A stretch of 54,762 nucleotides of DNA, the filler included, from Diploschistes diacapsis (taxonomy: Eukaryota), in assembly GCA_023645945.1 (NCBI GenBank). It is 5 parts of 5 records of this genome, joined end to end, with 100 filler letters (N's around TTAATTAATTAA, not from the genome) between each part and the next. Parts side by side here need not be neighbours in the genome. Positions count along the whole stretch, not along the records: positions 21,996 to 32,851 come from JALAIB010000878.1; positions 32,952 to 43,807 come from JALAIB010000879.1; 3 more parts are not named here. The stretch is one strand, 5' to 3'. Positions 26,651 to 39,796 of the stretch are shown here, one piece after another (positions within the stretch are counted from its first letter, which is position 1; each line of letters starts with the position of its first letter). Below the pieces are notes generated by a model. It did no database searches and had not been told where the DNA came from. It saw nothing but the letters and a program-made list of their open reading frames with translations. The translations under genes and the position numbers were made by a program.

Positions 26651-29600
26651 TCATGTTCTGTCGTGTGCCTTGTCCAAAATCTCTCGGCCAAGACGCTCTA
26701 GATAGAATCGACTCATCACTGGCGGCATCGAATCGAACCGTGACATGGCTTTGGCAATGTCCCTCCTACTATATTCATACTCTGACACATCTCTGTTGCC
26801 GTACGTATTAGTGCCGACGGCATAGCAAGTGTCGTCATGGGCCTTGAAGAAGGTATTTATGGCTATACTGACGCCATCCAATGGGATTGCGGAATGACAC
26901 CAAAGAGCTGGAATAAAGAGCACATCTCCGGGCTTTAGAATGACTTCGTAGGGGTGGGTCTGATCCAACGGAGTCCTTTTCCAAGCTTTCGGGTCGAATA
27001 CATCGAGGTCTGAGCTTGACCTTCCTGGCGGTATCTTGAGATACCCCACATCTTCCGGAGGGAACAGGACAAGTCGCTTGATCCCACGGATTTGGCATAG
27101 AATGTTGGGCATAACCTGGGAGTCTTTAGTAGCATGAGGTGAATGTCATAAGAATACTAATACATACATCATAATGTAGCCACATGTTAATAGGCCCGGA
27201 GATTCTGAGAACGGAGCTGTGCACCTGGCCAGAAGGAATGGCCAGACTGTCAGTCAAGATGAAGTCTGCCGCAAGATCCTCAAAGTCGCGGCTGAAGTTG
27301 GCCGGCTTGCGATGATCCTTGGACGAGATAGATCTGAGGTAGCGTCGTTCGCCTTTTACAATAGCATTTATAAACTCTGGGAACGTATTCTTCTTGATGA
27401 CAAAGTTTCTGCTTTCAAAGAGCATGGTGTCTTCTTGGGCATGGTGTATGTCGAATTCTCTCTCCCCTCCTACGGCCTTTTTCAAGTATTCGGTGGTCCA
27501 CCGTTTAACACAGGGACCCACGTCTACAGAATCGAAGAAGAATGGTCTACCATCTTTGACCTTCTTCTGGAACGTTTCCGGAGCTTTGATCTTCACCTTT
27601 CTAATTGGGATAAATTCTCCATTTCCATCCACTGAAGGGTTTGTTGCGATCATCGCCAGCTTCTGATATTTCGACGGCTGTTCCATTTCACAAGGTACTG
27701 AACCAAGTCGCATGAGTTTCCAAACAGCAACTTCACCTTTGCCTCGATCATCGAATCTCCAGATGTTAGAATTCATGTAGTTGCCGAAGGAGAAGCATGT
27801 TGCGCCTCCTCCAATGACCACGACACCATTACCATCGTAAATGGAGGAGTGCCCAATGAAAAGCGGTTGTAGATCGAAGCCATTATCACCTAATTCTGGA
27901 AGTGTTGTGAAGTCGATTAATCGAGACACTTGGTTTCCTAGGTTTGAGGAAACAGTCAACCGGCAAATCTCGTGACCGGGAGCCGGTAAGCCAGTAGAAT
28001 GAACGCCCCCAACTAGGAGAAGCCCTTGTGGTGAGGCCACTAAAGAGGCACCCAATCTGCAGAGAGAGACGTCCACCGTGTCCTTGAGACTCTTCTCAAG
28101 TTTGATTTTCGGTTCTTCGCCGCTCGTTTCCAGAAACCAGCTGTAACATTCATTTTGGATGCTTCCGTCATTCCCCATGCCTCCCAAAAGCAATCCAGTG
28201 TCTCTACTATCGAGTGAAACAAGGTTCGCCCCGAAGCGTGGTGCTACAATCTCGGACACGTTAGTAGCTTGCAGCCATCCGGTCGACTCTTGCCACAGGT
28301 ACCAAGCGGCAGATAATTCTCCCTGTGACGTCCTGCCGCCAAAAACCAGAACCCCGTCTCTGCCCTGCCTGTCCACAATCAGAGTGGCTGTGTGTCTGAA
28401 GAGCGGTCGTGGAAGATCTTCAACTCTGCTCCAGCGACTACTTCGTCTCAGCCAGCATTCCGACAAGGGACGTTGAGGCGCCTCTCTGCCGCCTACTAGC
28501 AGACAGTCAAAAGGTCGGGTGAGCGGAGTGACGGTGCTGAACGCACGTATCACTGCCCTGGGCCGATCTGGGAGACGCGCGGGAGCCGACCTTGGCGTAA
28601 GAAAGAACGTGTCGGTGGACGCTACTCGGCGCTTCCCATCGTCCCCACCGTGAAAGTCAAAGACTCCCTTTCCGGATTCGTATAAAACCCCATACCGTCG
28701 AGGCGGACATGCAAGAATGTCAGAGCGTATCCTCATTCTCCGCGGCGCCTGCTGTTGAATGGCCTCGTCTGCCATGTGCGTCAAGCGCCCCAAAGAAGAA
28801 GTCGGCAAGAACTGAGACTTTGCTGTCAAGAAGAAGTAATGTGAGGAGAACAGAACGAACTCCTCCCACTCATCAAACAATTCTACAGAATTCAACTTCA
28901 CACGTTCGGTAGTACTGAAGTACCCCAGGTCATTCCACAATGTCCAAAGACTATCAGCTGAAACAGACTGCCAATTCGCAGCATGAAATCTCTGTATCTG
29001 GTCTTCAATCTTGGGATACTTCTCTACTACTTGAAGAGGGCTATTCAACTTGCTGAAGTGGTTGAGCATGGCAGTCGCGAATGGATGGTCTGGTCCGTTA
29101 GGCGTTATTTGCTCTAGAAGGTAAAACCGGACTAGGAGACGTAAGCGTGGCATCCACAGCGGCGGATCTGGGAGGGGAGGATATGCAATACAAGTTAAAC
29201 ACCGTGTAGGGTAACGAGCTTGAAGAGAGTTTGATATCAAAGCTTCTATATAGTAGACTAGAACAGCTTACCGTTGCCCAAAGACGCAGCCCACCGAATC
29301 AGCGCATCGGCAGCTTTTGGATCCATGTAAGTGATTGAGACTTCGCAAATGACAAGATAAATTGCACTAGGATCAAAGTTGTCACGAATGACCTTGTCAA
29401 GCCGGTCAATATCTGTCAGATCGCAAGCGATGGCAGCGTAGTTCTCACTCTTTAGAGCAAGCCCAGTTGACGCCCTTGGCTCTACGAGCTTGTTCAAGAG
29501 AAGCCGAAGTTGTTCCGTCGTCTTAATGATACTGACCTTCTCCAGCACTAGCTCCTCGTAGTCGACATCTGCAAATACAACTCCTTTGCAGAGGTCTGGC

Positions 29601-30235
29601 TTGGTAGCTAGCAGTTGGAATGGCAAGGCGTCGCTGGCTGAAATCAGTCTCAATGTACGAGAGAATGCCTTTTGTGATCCTTACTACCCACATCCAAGGT
29701 TCAGTATGATTCTTTTAGACCCCAGAGTTTGAGCAAGGAAAACTTGTAGCGAGCGCTGGATCACTTGCATACGCAGCCAGTAGCCTCTGTTAATGAGTGC
29801 AGCTCGCGTTTTGGGTTTCTTAACGAAGTGACGATAGAAATGTGGCTGCTCGTAATACAGCCTCTCAACGCTTCGTTTTGATACCGTACAATTATCATTT
29901 GTCTGCAATCTTGGTCAGTTGGTCTGCTGGTGTGCGAGGCCTCCCCTTACACCCATGATAGCCTTGTCTTTCAACTTGGCATCATTAACCTTCCGAATAG
30001 TGCAGTCGCGTTCTAAATGCATGGGCACTTGCTTTAGAGCGGATCTGCTAGAGTTATCGTGGTTATTAATCGGAACTGCAGCCCGTGAGGAATCAGGATC
30101 ATTAGGTTCAGCTTTCTCTTCGACGTATGAATTGGGTCTTATGGGAAGATCGCTAGACGGATTCATTGCATTGACATTCTCACTTTCCCGTGATGGACTC
30201 TCATCATGGGGCTCTTGCTTGGTCACAGTAACCAT
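26651..30235 (-). CDS. PPM2: tRNA wybutosine-synthesizing protein 4 (LCM methyltransferase + Kelch repeats) fused to a C-terminal JmjC/cupin domain
   Basis: LCM motifs TNDNCTVSKRSVE, INRGYWLR, NLGCG, EVSITYM, LFDEWEEF. Kelch-like GG repeats. JmjC motifs WLHYDV, QIRGIKR and PGDVLFIPALWCH. Four introns. Confidence 0.9.
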
Positions 30236-30818
30236 ATCTGTTGGCGAGCAAGGTGAGAAAGTGTGCTAGTAGCTCAACCGTAAATGCAGTCGTGCTCTTT
30301 ATAAGGCCAGGCAGATTCAATATCAAGTGTAGATACTCTTTTGACCTTAAAATACATAAGCGAACAAATACTCTTTTATACCATAAAAACTATACAAACT
30401 CACCAACGAACACACCAGCGGTGGTTCCAATGAAAGATCATGCATCCTTTGAGCTTTTGTGTGGGAATAAAGTGGTAGTCAGCTAACCGAGCATCGGGCC
30501 GACATCAGGTCTTGTTTCAATCGGCAAGTGACCTTGGTGTGTAGGATCTTGTGATGGGCTTCTCTACTAGATCGACCCCTCGCCTTTTGTTCTTCTTCAT
30601 GACAATACCCTATTCTCCGGCTTCAGGCACGATTGTGTGTAGCTTATAGTATTCAGACATTGTTTTCATCCTGTATTTCTCATTGTAGCACAAACCATCG
30701 AAGCCCCTCTTTGTACCTCCTCCGCAGTCTTCGCCTCCCGCTCACTACGCATCTTCAACCCTTCTTCTATGAGGGTGGTTCCTGTCCTAGGTTTCTCACC
30801 TCGGCCTAGGCATCTAAG

Positions 30819-32294
30819 ATGGCCATGAATTTTGTCACCTTCAATCAAGATTACAGTCACTTGGCTGTTGGTAAAGTAACAAAGCCGCAGCTTCTAAGAA
30901 GCGGACTAATGGCGGAATTGCAGCAACCTCAAGGGGATTCCGAGTCTACACAACTGAACCCTTCGAAAAATGTTTCGAGACCAAGCATGGCGACATTGCC
31001 ATGTTGGAAATGCTCTTTTCGACTTCCCTTGTCGCTTTAATTGTATCCCCGCGAAGATTACACATAAAAAATACTAAGGTGAGTTTCAGCAGGAACCATC
31101 ATTGAGCCGCTCCTGATCTAACATTCTTCGAAGCGGCAATCGACAATATGTGAGCTCACCTTTCCAACTATGGTCCTTGCGGTTCGAATGAACCGCATGC
31201 GGCTTGTAGTGGTTCTTGAAGACCTGATCTACCTCTACGACATGAGCAACATAAAATTATTACACACCATTGAAACTTCCCCAAACCCACAAGGTCGGTC
31301 CACAACATGGCTGAGCTGGATGGAGCAAAACTGATATAATGCAGCAATATGCGCTTTATCATCTTCCTCCGAAAACTGCTACCTAGCCTATCCTCTACCA
31401 CAGAAAGCTCCACCACCTTCCCTGCAGCAACCATCACACGCTCCGCCTGGCGGAACCCACATACCTCCAACCAGCGGAGATGTGCTGCTCTTCAATGCAT
31501 CCAAACTCGAGGCAGTCAATGTCGTGACAGCGCATAAGACACCACTATCATGCATAACCATTAATAATACTGGGACACTCCTTGCAAGCGCCTCTGAAAA
31601 GGGGACAATCATTCGCGTCTTCTCGATACCGAAAGCAGACAAGCTCTACCAGTTTCGACGCGGCTCTATACCATCGCGAATTTTCAGCATGTCTTTCAAC
31701 ACTACATCGTCACTACTATGTATCTCCTCCGCCTCCGAGACGGTCCACATTTTCAAGCTGGGAGGGTCGCAGCGGCGACCCTCGGTTGACCGATCGCCAC
31801 CATCTAGTTCAGGGCTGGGTACAGATAGAGGAAGGAGTACAAGCCCCGTAGCGAGTGATTCGCAAGCCGAATTTTCAACTGCTGAAGGAGAAAGCAGTCC
31901 GTTGGCGGCGTTATCCCGAAAGCACAACGGCACGTTCATGGGCCTGATCCGAAGAACATCTCAGAACGTTGGAGCATCGCTAGCCAGTTCGGTTGGCTCG
32001 TACCTGCCAACGGCTGTAGCAGAGATGTGGGAGCCGGCACGTGATTTTGCATGGTGCAAGATTCCCAAATCAGTGCCGAACACGGGAGGACCTTCAACCT
32101 TAGGCAGCACTCAGTCTTTACGGAGTGTTGTCGCAATGAGCAACAATAGCCCGCAAGTCATGGTTGTCACCAACGAAGGACACTTTTATGTTTTTGGGAT
32201 AGACCTGGCAAAAGGTGGTGAGGGGACGTTGGTCAAAGTTTACGAGGTTGGTGGGGAAAGCGAGAAGCTAGGGGCGAGTACGATTGAGGACTGA
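30819..32294 (+). CDS. ATG18: Autophagy PROPPIN WD40 protein Atg18
   Basis: [47 protein letters not shown] and the lipid-binding FRRG motif. Three introns. Divergent from PPM2. Confidence 0.96.
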
Positions 32295-32534
32295 ACTGTA
32301 TTGAAGCACTCACGGAGCTTGCAAGGCACTCTTTTTGGTCGCCTATGGTTGGTGTTGGTTGGTGTTGCTGGAATTCTTCTCTTCAATCCCCGCAGGGCTA
32401 TTGCATTTCCCTGGAGTTCCAGGTTTCTAGTGTATTTAGTCAGCCTCGAGATACCAAACATCTTGTATCACATCAGACGCACTCCAATCAATCCTAATCA
32501 AGTTCACCTGAAAGGCTGAGCCATTTGAGATCTG

Positions 32535-32851
32535 TCATGGCTGACTCTTTTTAATGACCTTAACCCCGGGGTTCCTGCCAGCCTTGAACTCCTTCTGTGC
32601 CTGCTCAAACTCGTCTTCCTCCCCATTTCCATTTTCCTCGCCATCCCTTGCCGTAATACCCACTTCCACTCTTTCCTCACTCCCCTTTCCACGCTCCCTA
32701 ACTTCCACTGCCCCTCTTTCCCTCTCCAGCGCCTCCCTCTCCCGCTCATCGAACTCCTCCCGCCTCGTCAAATACCTCTCTTCCACATGATCGACCGTGT
32801 ACCCCTTCCACTCCTCCCTCATCGCCGTCACCCACACCCCATCCCCCGCCC
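32535..32851 (-). CDS. 3' fragment of an unidentified Glu/Arg-rich protein truncated at the contig edge
   Basis: Open frame from the contig end to a stop at 32535 with coding-like composition (…EFEQAQKEFKAGRNPGVKVIKKSQP*). Family not recognised. Confidence 0.5.
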
Positions 32852-32951
32852 NNNNNNNNNNNNNNNNNNNNNNNNNNNNNNNNNNNNNNNNNNNNTTAAT
32901 TAATTAANNNNNNNNNNNNNNNNNNNNNNNNNNNNNNNNNNNNNNNNNNNN
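32852..32951. other. Artificial contig spacer (N44-TTAATTAATTAA-N44)
   Basis: Identical 100-bp six-frame-stop linker. Confidence 0.98.
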
Positions 32952-33360
32952 GGGGTGGACATTGTGGTTGTTGGTGAGATGGTGGAGGGTGGAGGTGGAG
33001 GTGGGAAGGTTTGTGGACGGAGATGGAGCCGAGGGGGTCGTGAATTGGTTGTTGATTTCTGTGGTCTGTAGGGCAGATATGAGTGAGGTTAAGGTGGATT
33101 GGGAGCGGGCATTGTTTGGTCATGAAATACAATAGTTTGGTGAGCGAAAGCTTCCGGATGGCGATTTTCGGGCAAAGCGGGAACTTTCCCACTCCGCAAC
33201 TCAAAGTTTGAGATCATCTCCAACCCCCTGTACTACTGTTCGGTCTGACCACACTGAGGGTTTTTAGAGTTTGAGACGAGGAACGACTGAGATTTCCCCT
33301 TCTTACTCTGATATCCTACCATTGGATCCTACTAACTGAATTTACGTTACGCCCCCAGTC

Positions 33361-34541
33361 ATGGCGGACTTTGCTTCCCTGATGGGATCCGCACTCTCCA
33401 AGTCCACGCCTACCGTGCCATCGAAGCCTGGCAACGGTGGAGACCCTAACAAAAAGTACCTTCGCCGTGCCGAGCTTGAAGCTCAAAGGGAAGCAGCCTA
33501 TCGCGCCGAACAGGCCGCTGCCGTAGTGGCCAAAGAAGAACGTCTAGCAGCCAAGCGCAAACGAGAGGATGAGGAAGCGGAGCAGAAAGCTATGAGGGAA
33601 GAGAAGCGAAGGCGGTTAGCAGAGGAGTCAAGGGCCCGACGCGAGGAAGAAGAACTAGCTGAAGAAGAAAAGAGGAGGAAAAGGGTTGGGTTGACTTCTC
33701 TGGCAGAAAAAAGAGCGGCTGCGGCTGCGGCAGAGGCAGACAGCGAATCTTGTGGACTCGAGGAGATGGGAGATATTGAAAAAGATGAATTGAAGGCAAA
33801 GCTACGAGAATTGAAGGAGCCTGCGACTCTCTTTGCTGAGACGCATACTGCACGTCTGAAGCGCTATAGAGTACTTACAGCCCCAAAGGCAGTCTTGAGT
33901 AATACACCCATACCGACTACGCTATCCCTATTGGCCGAATCCGATATGCGCGTAGAGGTTACAAAGCCTCCTCCAGCAAAATCACCCGAGCGAAAGTACC
34001 TCTTCCGGCAGCTCGCTTCATACTTTACTATGATCCTTATAGAGTGGGTACGGGCTCTTGACGCTCGGGATCCCGCCACCAAGTCGTCTTCTCAAGGGCG
34101 CGCCGCCGCTATGGCCATGGAGCAGAGCCGGGAGAATCTACGACCGCTGTTCAAAAAATTCGAGAAAGGAGATCTCGAGGAGAGCATTCTGGAGCCCGTG
34201 ATAGAGATCGTACGCGCGGCGCAGACGCGGAAATATGTGGATGCTAACGACGCTTATTTGCAACTGAGTATTGGTAAGGCTGCGTGGCCTATAGGAGTTA
34301 CAATGGTTGGTATCCATGAGAGATCGTAAGTCGCATCATCGTACCTCAGGGGTTTAGCTTGCCTAGTCGGCAAGGCTGATGTGTTGGCAGTGCTCGTGAG
34401 AAGCTCCATGAATCAGGCAAAGAGATTGCACATATTCTCTCCGACGAATCTACGCGCAAGTATCTACAGGCGATCAAGAGGTGCTTGACCTTTGCGCAAA
34501 CCCGGTGGCCACCCGATGATCATCTTCAATTGATGGGTTGA
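33361..34541 (+). CDS. PRP18: Pre-mRNA splicing factor 18
   Basis: PRP4-like motif LRELKEPATLFAE and Prp18 signature YLQLSIGKAAWPIGVTMVGIHERS^AREK spanning one intron (about 34326-34390). Ends RWPPDDHLQLMG*. Confidence 0.95.
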
Positions 34542-35717
34542 GTGTTTCGATGTTCTAAAGTATCACGAGACTGGAGGTCTTCTTTCCAAGGGCATCTATG
34601 TTAACATCTCTATGAACAGTATTCCAGAAGCACCAGCTTGCAATCTTGGCTCCCAATCACCGAGTCTCTTTCAACCACAGCACAAGCTCCTACAAGAGAG
34701 ACGTTGCTTGGAAGACTAGAAGCATAACCGATCCTGGAGTTTTCGTTATTTAGTCGAAGAAACTATACTATGAATCATTGCAAGTACTATGCTATGCTAT
34801 GTCAGGGGGTTTGGCTACCGCTCGACGCCCCCACTCAAGGCAGCTCGTAAAGAATTCTCTGCGGCTTGGCTTTGTTGTTACGCGTTAGTAGTGGACAAAG
34901 TTTACGCACTCATGAGTACGATGAATTGACAGTGCAGGGTTATCAAAGGTTGCTGGAAAAGCTTCTCACCCCGAAGGAGCCACCGCATATAAGCAGTTCA
35001 AAAGCACAGGACATATCAAAGAAGAGCTAGCTCCGATATCAAGGTGCAAACTTTGCACTTAGCGTTCTTCGCTTGACACAGCAACCGCATCAAGTTCTCA
35101 GTTCTCATCAGTCACTATAACAACCTCTCAACCTCAGCTCCCATGTCCGATCTCGCACAATTGAGGCAGGGCTTAGGTTGGGAAAGGATTGGTTTGCAAG
35201 GCTGGGAGCTCCACCGGTCGTTATAGCCATCTCTTGTTTTGCTCCATTCCAGACCTTCCAGCTAGCCGATATCGTAAGTTATACCAACGAGTCTCGCGTG
35301 TGGATAGCTGCAGCCATGCATGTATTGCTCTTTTGTCCAATGTCACTGTTGTCCTTTAAATCATCTTCTCCTTCACCAACAACATGCGCAAGTTTTTCTC
35401 CACATGCTATATATCTTTTGCAGTGACTTCCAGGTCCTCACTCCACAACGGACCACGGTTACAAGACGACAGCTAGAGCTTGTTGAGTCGCCTGTATTGT
35501 TGACATGCCTCCTCTAGCCTCCTTCTCGCTGTCACTCTGTAGGTACATATTGATCTCCACCTCTCTAGCTCTGTGATCTTTCCTTCACTTCTTTACTATA
35601 CGCTTTCCATTCTTGCAAGACTACAAGAGCTCGTTCGTTAAGGCTCTCAGTTCACAATCGCTATACAAAGCTTTGATACTATCTCTTAATAATAATACTA
35701 CAAAAAAGCCATTCATA

Positions 35718-38700
35718 ATGCTCCTCACGCAACACTTCGCTCTGGCATTGGCCTGCGCAAATATCATCAATGCGGCGGTAATGCAGCCAGCATTGCGTTC
35801 GAGTGGCCATTATGGGTAAGTCGCAGCTCGTACAAGCTCGAGAGCGACACTGACGTTACAAAGATCCCGCAGATTTTATGTTGTGGGAAGTCGGACTGTC
35901 ACTGTGCCTTGGGATTCTTCAACACAGACACCTTCTTCGATTTCAATCTCGAACCTACCCATACTCACAACGACTCTTGCCCATGATTCTCGCTCATCAT
36001 CTGGTACTTGCTCCCTTCTAGACCCATCTCATGACGTCTTTCACTTTCCCCATAGACTTATTACGGGACTTTCACTAATGAAACTAGTACCGACTTCGTG
36101 CAGCAATGCCACGCTTACATACCCGGTTGTCACGACTCTCGTCCAGCAGCCTCCTGCTACTACAACCTCCGTCGCGTTCAAAACGCCATCAGTATCATGC
36201 AGCAACTTAACTGTTGCCTATGCCATGACTCTTCCAATACAGGAACCTTCAGCTTCTTCCAATAGCATCGCAACCAGAGGTCTATCGATATCATGCACCA
36301 GCGACTGTGTTACCAGTTCAGTCCCAGATACTCCTACCACAGCCAGCTCCATGGAAGCAAAGAAAGTATCGGTTTTGTGCAGCAATGCCACAGTTGCCTA
36401 TCCAGCCACTACCATTCCGGTTCCGCAAGCTCCGACCACAACCAACTCTGTCAGCAAAGCTTCCAATTCATGCAGTAATGTTACGATTACCTACCCGAAA
36501 ACCACAGTTTCGATTCAACTTTCGGCAGCTACGACAAGCTCATTATTTGGAACACCACCGGTCTCCTGCAGTAACGTTAAGGTTACCTACCCTGTTACCG
36601 TTCCAGTTCAGCAGCCTCCAGCTACAACAACTCCCGTGAAGACCAGGAGAACTTCGGCCTCTTACAGCCAAGCTACGCTCATTCATCCTTCCACTGTCCC
36701 AGTACAGTCTTCAGTCACAACAAGCTCTATGGCAACTGGGGCCCCCTTGTCCACCTGGAGTAGCACCACAGCTACTTATCTTGTCACTGTGCCAGTCCAA
36801 TCTCCGGTTGCTTCGAGCTCCTCCATTGACGAGACAGCAACGATCTCTGGCAATAACTCCTCGCCTGCCCCCTCTGTTACTGCTTCAATCGCGCAACCTT
36901 CAATTGCAACAAGTCAATCTACGGTCCCTGTCTCAGCCATAATTATCGTCAAAACCATGACCAGTAAGTCATTACTTCCTCCGTAATCATAGTATCAATA
37001 TCTAGGATCGATATCGCGATGTTAAATGCAAGTTTGGGGCATTGAAGTTTACTACTTTTAGTAAAGGTGATTACTTGGCCAACGCTAAACCTTCAACTAG
37101 CTACTGTCTTTACAACAACCTGCCCTCCCTATACTCATATCTCCACCAGCTCTGGAACCGCCATGACTGCTACTTTGACCACAACGTAAGTTTAGGTTTT
37201 CCTTCAACCATCTTCGTTTACTTACTCAGTGCTCATCACTGATTGCTTCCTGAGCAGAGTAATTACCACGTCTTGCTCTCCTTACACGGTCACGGTCACC
37301 CACACTCGAGCCCCATCTACGGCTCAGTCGAATACTATTTTCCCGCCCTCGATCTCTAGCCAATCGCTATCAAGCTCCCTAGAGATCAGCCCGGCATCGT
37401 CTGAGACTACCACTTTGGCGCCTTCCGCGCTCACGTCCTCTCTGTCATGTTCACCTGCATCCATGGCCCTCCAGAGCTTAGCCTCCAGTGTGACACATTC
37501 AACGTCTATAGCTACAATTTCAACGCTGGTTACCTCATCTTCGGGATCGACCATGTCAGTATCAGCTTCGCAATCGGTTCCTGCATCTACATCACTTCAG
37601 AGCTCAACCTCGGTTGAGACTTTTTCGACGTCTATGGCTACTACCGTAGGGTCTTCGGCGATCTCTTCAGCGCCGGTTGCGTCAACTCCATCATCGCAGT
37701 CAGCTCCGGGTACCACACTATCTCATAGCTCGGCGTCCGTAACGAGCTCCATCCCGCTGGTCTCCTCGCTAAGTGTGTCAACGATTCTAGTCTCGCTACC
37801 CTCATTGCCGAGTGTACCAACCTCCGAAGTTCCTAGCTCTGTTGCGCTGGTATCTTCTTCTCAAGCGTCAGCTTCTCCGTTTTCGGCTCCTGTCGTGTTA
37901 ATGTCTTCTGTCTCTTGTCCTTTCTCCCACGCTTCGGTGCCCTCCTCCGTGGCCTCACCCGGATCAGGTTCGTCTAGCCCGGCATCATCGGCTTCGGTTT
38001 CTTCAGCTTATGCCTCCTCAACTCACGCTTCGTCAGCTCCTATCTCATCTGCGACCTTCTCTGCGGCTTCCTCTGCCCTTCCTTCCTCCGTAGCAACATC
38101 CTCTGATTTGGTATCATCGGCACTGGCTTCGTCTTCTTACGCCTCATCGACATGCACCTTATCCAGGCCTGCCATATCCGCCCTAATATCTTCCTCCGTG
38201 GGCTCAACCTTGGCGTCATCTACTCCGGCTTCGTGCACTGCAGGCTCGTGTACTCCAATCTCAATGGTGGTTGTCTCCTTTGCTTCGGCTTCTTCAGCTC
38301 TAGCGTCATCTACCCTAGACTCTTCCGCTTTAGTATCGTCCTCCGCAACTTCATCCACTCCGGTGTCATCAGCCTCTACCTTATCTACGCAAACCACGTC
38401 CGTTTTGGTCTCATCTCCTCAAGCGTCGTCGGCTTTAACTTCATCGGCTCAAGGCCCATCCCAGGTGATGTCGTCTTTAGAGGTTTCTTCTACTCCGGCT
38501 ACGTCTAGTCAAGCTTCCTCCGCTTCCGGATCGTCAGCCTTAGCATCATCTACTCCAGTGTTGTCCTCAACAGTCTCATCCGCCGAGTTGCCATCTGCAA
38601 TGGCTTCGCCTACGTCAACAGCGAATTTACCGCCAAGCGTACTGGCTTCGACCGCTTGTACCTACTCTAGCCTGGCCTCCTCTGCATCGGTTTCTTCTGC

Positions 38701-39796
38701 TCAAGACTCAACCGCTTCAGTTTGGTCAACACCTGCCGCATCCGCTTCGGTATTAACTGCTTCAGCTGTGTCTGCGCCAACGCCACCCGGTCTAGTATCG
38801 TCTACGTCTGACTCTTCATCTGCATCGGCCTTGTCGGCTCTAACATATTCTGCCTCGGCGTCATCGGCTCCAGTCTTGCCTCCTGTAGTGTCGTCCGCTT
38901 CAACTGCATCTGCTACAGTCTCATGTTCTGCAGGCTTATGTGTCCTAACCTCTACGGTTCTCCTTTCTTCGGTAGCACCGTCTTCCTCGGTTGAGTCTGC
39001 TCCGACGTCAGCTTTGGTTTCATCAGCTTCCGAGATGTCTTCAGAGATTACGTCTGCCCCGGCTTCGCCTGTCCTACCTTCATCATCGGCTCAAGCGTCG
39101 TCTGCTCTAGCTTCTTCGCCTCGGATCTCATCTTCTTCTGTAGCTCTGGCTTCAGAATCCTTTGCATCGGCCTCATCCACTCCGGTCCCATCTGCTCCAG
39201 TCTCATGCTCTGCAGGCTCATGTGCTCTGACCTCCACTATTCTCGTTTCCTCTGCGGTAGCCTCGCCTTCACCAGTTGTGTCTATATCGGCGTCAGATTT
39301 GGTTTCATCAGCTTCTGCGATATATTCCTCAGCTTCGTCTGCCCTAGTTTCATCGGCTCAAGCGTCATCGACTCAAATCTCTGCTTCTTCAGCACCTGCT
39401 TCAGCCTCCTGCGCCTCGGATTCATGCACCGCGGCAGCCACCGTCGTAGTATCTACTGTTTTGGTCTCAGTACCCGTTCCTTCATCGGCGATATCTTCTC
39501 CCAGCTCTGGTGCCGCGGTATCCGTAGCTCCTTCCTTCTCCGAGACGTACGCCCAGATATCATCTCAAGCACAGGCCAGCCCAGCGTCGAGCATCCAGGC
39601 ATCTCAACCAACTCATGCCTCGACAGCTTCAGCCTCAACGAGCGCAACTCACACCTCTCATGGCCCACACGTCTCTCACACCAAGACAAAGACCTCCCCG
39701 CTTCCTACTATGACTGGCGCTGCTTCGGCTGTTTCCCGTAGAGGGATCCCTTGGGCTTTGGGTGGCAGTCTTGCTTTGGCGATGTTCTTCTTATAA
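35718..39796 (+). CDS. Large secreted Ser/Thr-rich, repeat-containing, probably GPI-anchored cell-wall mucin or adhesin
   Basis: Signal peptide MLLTQHFALALACANIINA, Cys-anchored repeats, a very Ser/Ala-rich body, and C-terminal TGAASAVSRR plus hydrophobic GIPWALGGSLALAMFFL. About four introns join ORFs 35613-35819, 35883-36986 and 37229-39796. Confidence 0.8.

Noticed and set aside
1..32294. Apparent endosome/vacuole trafficking supercluster (NHX1, MYO2, DOA4, VPS27, ATG18)
   Set aside because: The genes lie on three different contigs joined artificially. Only NHX1-MYO2 and DOA4-VPS27 are true neighbours.
32952..33204. Possible start of a gene divergent from PRP18 (minus-strand ATG near 32961 in good context)
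   Set aside because: Only about three codons are present before the contig edge, too little to support a call.
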